A stretch of 52,088 bases of DNA, the filler included, from Basidiobolus ranarum (taxonomy: Eukaryota): assembly GCA_040143965.1 (NCBI GenBank). It is 3 parts of 3 records of this genome, joined end to end, with 100 filler letters (N's around TTAATTAATTAA, not from the genome) between each part and the next. Parts side by side here need not be neighbours in the genome. Positions count along the whole stretch, not along the records: positions 34,833 to 52,088 come from JASJQH010007185.1; 2 more parts are not named here. One strand, written 5' to 3'. The translations under genes were made by a program, and so were the position numbers. This document shows, one piece after another, positions 49,020 through 52,088 of this stretch. Every line of letters begins with the position of its first letter. The first letter of the stretch is position 1. The notes beneath the pieces are model-generated. The model worked only from the letters and a program-made list of their open reading frames with translations, searched no databases and had not been told where the DNA came from.

Positions 49020-50130
49020 ATTTCAAGATACCATTTTATTTTTCCAGGACTACCATAAATATCCACTCCATTAGGCATTTTTTCTAATGCAAAGACTGGA
49101 AGTATTGAGTATGTTTTTATTTAAGTGGAATCTTGAAAAGATTCTTGCCTGATATTTATTGGCAATATTGGGAGTTGTTTGTGGATATTGATAGTATCTT
49201 CTTGCAGCATCAACATACATTGGCTGATGGCAGTCAGTTACAGCCATGGGCAAATCTCTTGTAATTAATTATGAGAAACTTTATTATAGGTTTAAAGAAG
49301 ATACACTGAATCTATACATTATTTAACATATTCTCTACTGCATCTTTCATGATGCTTTTAGAATATAGGCCCTGGCTATACACCCTGGGAGTCTCCAATG
49401 GAGCCTACTGGTGATGCAATGATGCTCCATGTGAAATTGTCAATATGACCACATGTTAATCTGATTGATAATGTATCATCAAAATTAGTAATGGATATAA
49501 TGCAATGGATCAAGGAACCTTCAGAATATACTAACCTTCCAACACAGGGCTCTCTTCAATGTGCCCATGGGTTTTTGCATTGTTTGAGTACAATAACAAC
49601 AACAAAACCAATGCATGGACACAAAGTGAGCATTGCTATAATTAGACCATTTTTTTTGTGTGATATTGCAAAGGGATTATTAGGAAAGCTTCAAGACATA
49701 CTTTTCTATGAGATATATCAAAATATAGGGTATTATTGTTTTAGCCCTAATGTAATTTATTTAAGCAATGATATATCAACTTGTGGCTGGATGTTTCTTG
49801 ACTGCAAGTTGAGGATATTTTGGCCAAATTCTTTACTGAAATTTGCCAGAGTCTAAGAACTTATTCTCACTGTCAATTGTAACAAGAGTCAGCTATTTGT
49901 CAACTGTTAGTGCTACTCTAAACTTCAGATCTTTAGTATTTTTGCCACCATTGATATCCTGGTAAAGCATATTGATGTTGTTGAGTTATGTCTGATCTGT
50001 CAGGTATGTGCATATGTGACAGCTAAGCATAGCATGCTTTTGGTATCTTTTGACTCTCATTATGGCTGGAACACAAAGCCTCAAGTTTCTAAATGCAGGC
50101 ATGCATATTAATTTGGATTCCTATAGCAGT
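49020..50130 (+). mobile_element. CACTA/EnSpm-like transposon relic, 3' portion (third copy)
   Basis: Colinear similarity to ~46660-47770 and to the reverse complement of ~37730-38800. Confidence 0.7.
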
Positions 50131-50740
50131 AAACCCAGTAACTTACCATTTGAAAATTGGTGTTTTTTGCAAATTGTGGGAAATTCAATAACACATGCCA
50201 AATAGGAGAATCAAAATTTCACCTTGTACAATTATCTTCTTTATGCCATCAGGAAGCCACCATCTTACGGTCAAGACATCTGGCAGAATACAAGCCACTA
50301 ATATTGTGATGGTCCTTTGATGGCTTTGTGCTTCAGAATGATGGATCCAATACAGATGAAATTCTTTTTTTTGCAAGGGTGTTAGGTGTTGGCCATGTGG
50401 GAAGCTTCTCAATCTTTGGTGGTCCTGGTGTTCTTCCATAAATGTCACACTTATGTCCAAAAATGGATATTATTGGCATTACAAAGTCACTTTTCTCACC
50501 ACCTAAAGTGAGTCCAGCCTTCTCAGTCTTGGGCAATATCCTACCATTTTATCTTATTTGGTATATAGTCATTAACAACTCTTATTTCTTCTGGGAATAC
50601 TTCAGTTACCTCCTTGATAGGCAATTCTTTGAAGACAATGTAATCTATATTTACTGCTAACTTGTCTGCAACAAGCCAGTACAGGCATTGAACATTACAT
50701 GCTGATGCTGTGAAGTCTATTATCAGTACAAATTTCTTGT

Positions 50741-50865
50741 AATATTGTACCAACTTAAAGTTCTGAGATATTGAGAATTTTTAAACTTTTCCCAGAAGCT
50801 CAAAACTTTGCACACATGTTCCTGGGACCTTCCTCAACATAGTCTACAAGTTAGTTTGCTCATAT
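50741..50865 (+). mobile_element. Internal fragment of family B LTR
   Basis: aaactttgcacacatgttcctgggaccttcctcaacat...ttagtttgct matches 48677-48733 and 19162-19219. Confidence 0.65.
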
Positions 50866-51222
50866 GTTGTATTCACACCATTACAAGGATCTGTATTTGC
50901 AGAGTCAGATGTACCAGCAGACATACTGGCAAAAAGGCTAAATTTTACCATGCAACCAAGAACACCAATTCAAAGAGTGCTACACTTAGTAGTTAACCTG
51001 GCACCTCTCATCAAGCCAAAACACTAGCAAGTAAAAATTACAGCTCTCCAACCTCAGCTGGTATGTTTAAAAGTGTTAAAATCAGCCCCAAACTTAAAGG
51101 AAAGAAAAAGCTGCACAAACACTTCAGTAGTGTCACACTACAAATATGTATAAAAAAGTAACAGATCCTGAGCAGTACTTTCAAAAGTACAAAGGAAAAA
51201 ATGCAGTGCAAGTACGCAGAAA

Positions 51223-51753
51223 GTGGAATCACAAGAAGAACATTAAAGTTAAAATTCAGTCTGGTATGGACCATGCAGATATATGGGAAGAACTTACCAC
51301 AGAGTGGCACAATATTGCAGGATTTCAGCTGGATAGCTGCAAGAGTGTTGATGCAGCAATATTATTACAATGGTAGGCTTTGATTCAGATATTGATACAA
51401 ACTTGTGTTGGTTATGAGCCAAACTTTTGGTATGAAGAACTCAATAAAAATATTCAGGAGAATATATCAGAGTAACTAGGGATTTCCAAGGTGACAAATT
51501 AGCATTCGAGTGGTAAATGTGTAAAATTGAGTAACATGTATTGCACACATGTTGATCCATAGTTCTCTGAGGTTGTAGCCAATCATGTGCAACTATTTTG
51601 CAAGATCTTGAAATTTCACTCTTGAAAGTGAAAAAATTGATTAAAATCAAATCTATCTTGTTGATTTCATGATAGTAAGCAAATGGTCAGTTTCAAAATG
51701 GATTAAAATTGTGATGATTTTCCTATGAAAACAATCCTCATATTTCTGTTAGG
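51223..51753 (+). repeat. Unclassified decayed repeat, copy 2
   Basis: Homologous to 45826-46369. Confidence 0.75.
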
Positions 51754-52088
51754 GTTAAAAGGAAAGACAAAAGTCAGCTTACAGATGAAACAAAGACTCC
51801 ACAAGCATTTTATTCTCAAAATAGCCAATCAGAAAGGAGCATTTTAAATTTTACAAATGTGCAAGACTGGGACACATAGCACATTATTGCAAATCCAAGA
51901 AAAAATGGGTTTCAAAGAAATGGAAGCATATAGTGGCCCTAAAAGAGGAAATGAGCACTCTATACTTATGGCAACCACTAAATCAGGAAATGACTCTGCT
52001 GATGTATGGATTCTGGATTCTGGTGCAAGTGATCATATGTGTCTCAATAGAAACATAATACATGACTATAAGGAAACAGAACCACTAG
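51754..52088 (+). mobile_element. Fragment of a further Ty1/copia element (gag zinc knuckle + protease)
   Basis: KCARLGHIAHYC (51855-51890) and DVWILDSGASDHMCLNR (from 52001), with a frameshift between them. Confidence 0.8.

Noticed and set aside
51410..51420. Perfect GGTTATGAGCC matching the copia PBS consensus
   Set aside because: Not preceded by an LTR end. It lies inside the unclassified repeat, whose other copy reads GGATATGATTT, so it is likely coincidental.

Overview
Eukaryotic DNA, about 35-40% GC by eye, with short GT-AG introns (46-136 bp). The gene content points to a fungus, most likely an early-diverging lineage such as Zoopagomycota/Basidiobolus (inference). The window is three contigs of 17321, 17311 and 17256 bp joined by identical artificial 100-bp linkers (N44-TTAATTAATTAA-N44), so adjacency across the linkers is not biological. 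Contig 1 (1-17321) is gene-dense. It holds the 3' end of a Gly/Asp/Tyr/Lys repeat protein, a bacterial-like SDR and an intronless group III poly-HAMP hybrid histidine kinase with eroded kinase-proximal repeats. A secreted GH18 chitinase sits head-to-head with an UNC-93/NGT1/NOPE1-family MFS transporter. The rest is RPL43, an inverted pair of TM7S3/TMEM198-like paralogues and the 3' end of ILV5. Contig 2 (17422-34732) has a TE relic with a solo LTR, a mitochondrial apolipophorin/LEA-like repeat protein, a soluble fumarate reductase, a 6-exon bHLH-ZIP and a 4-finger C2H2 factor (the C2H2 gene is absent from the ORF track and the bHLH appears only as fragments). It ends with a CBM18-CE4 chitin deacetylase and a Lys/Thr-rich repeat protein. 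Contig 3 (34833-52088) is entirely decayed, nested transposons: Ty1/copia elements with a half-tRNA-type PBS, solo LTRs and CACTA/EnSpm-like relics, with a CpG-deamination signature. The best candidate for an undescribed system is the divergent chitinase / putative GlcNAc transporter pair with a palindromic CGG-N11-CCG site in the shared promoter.
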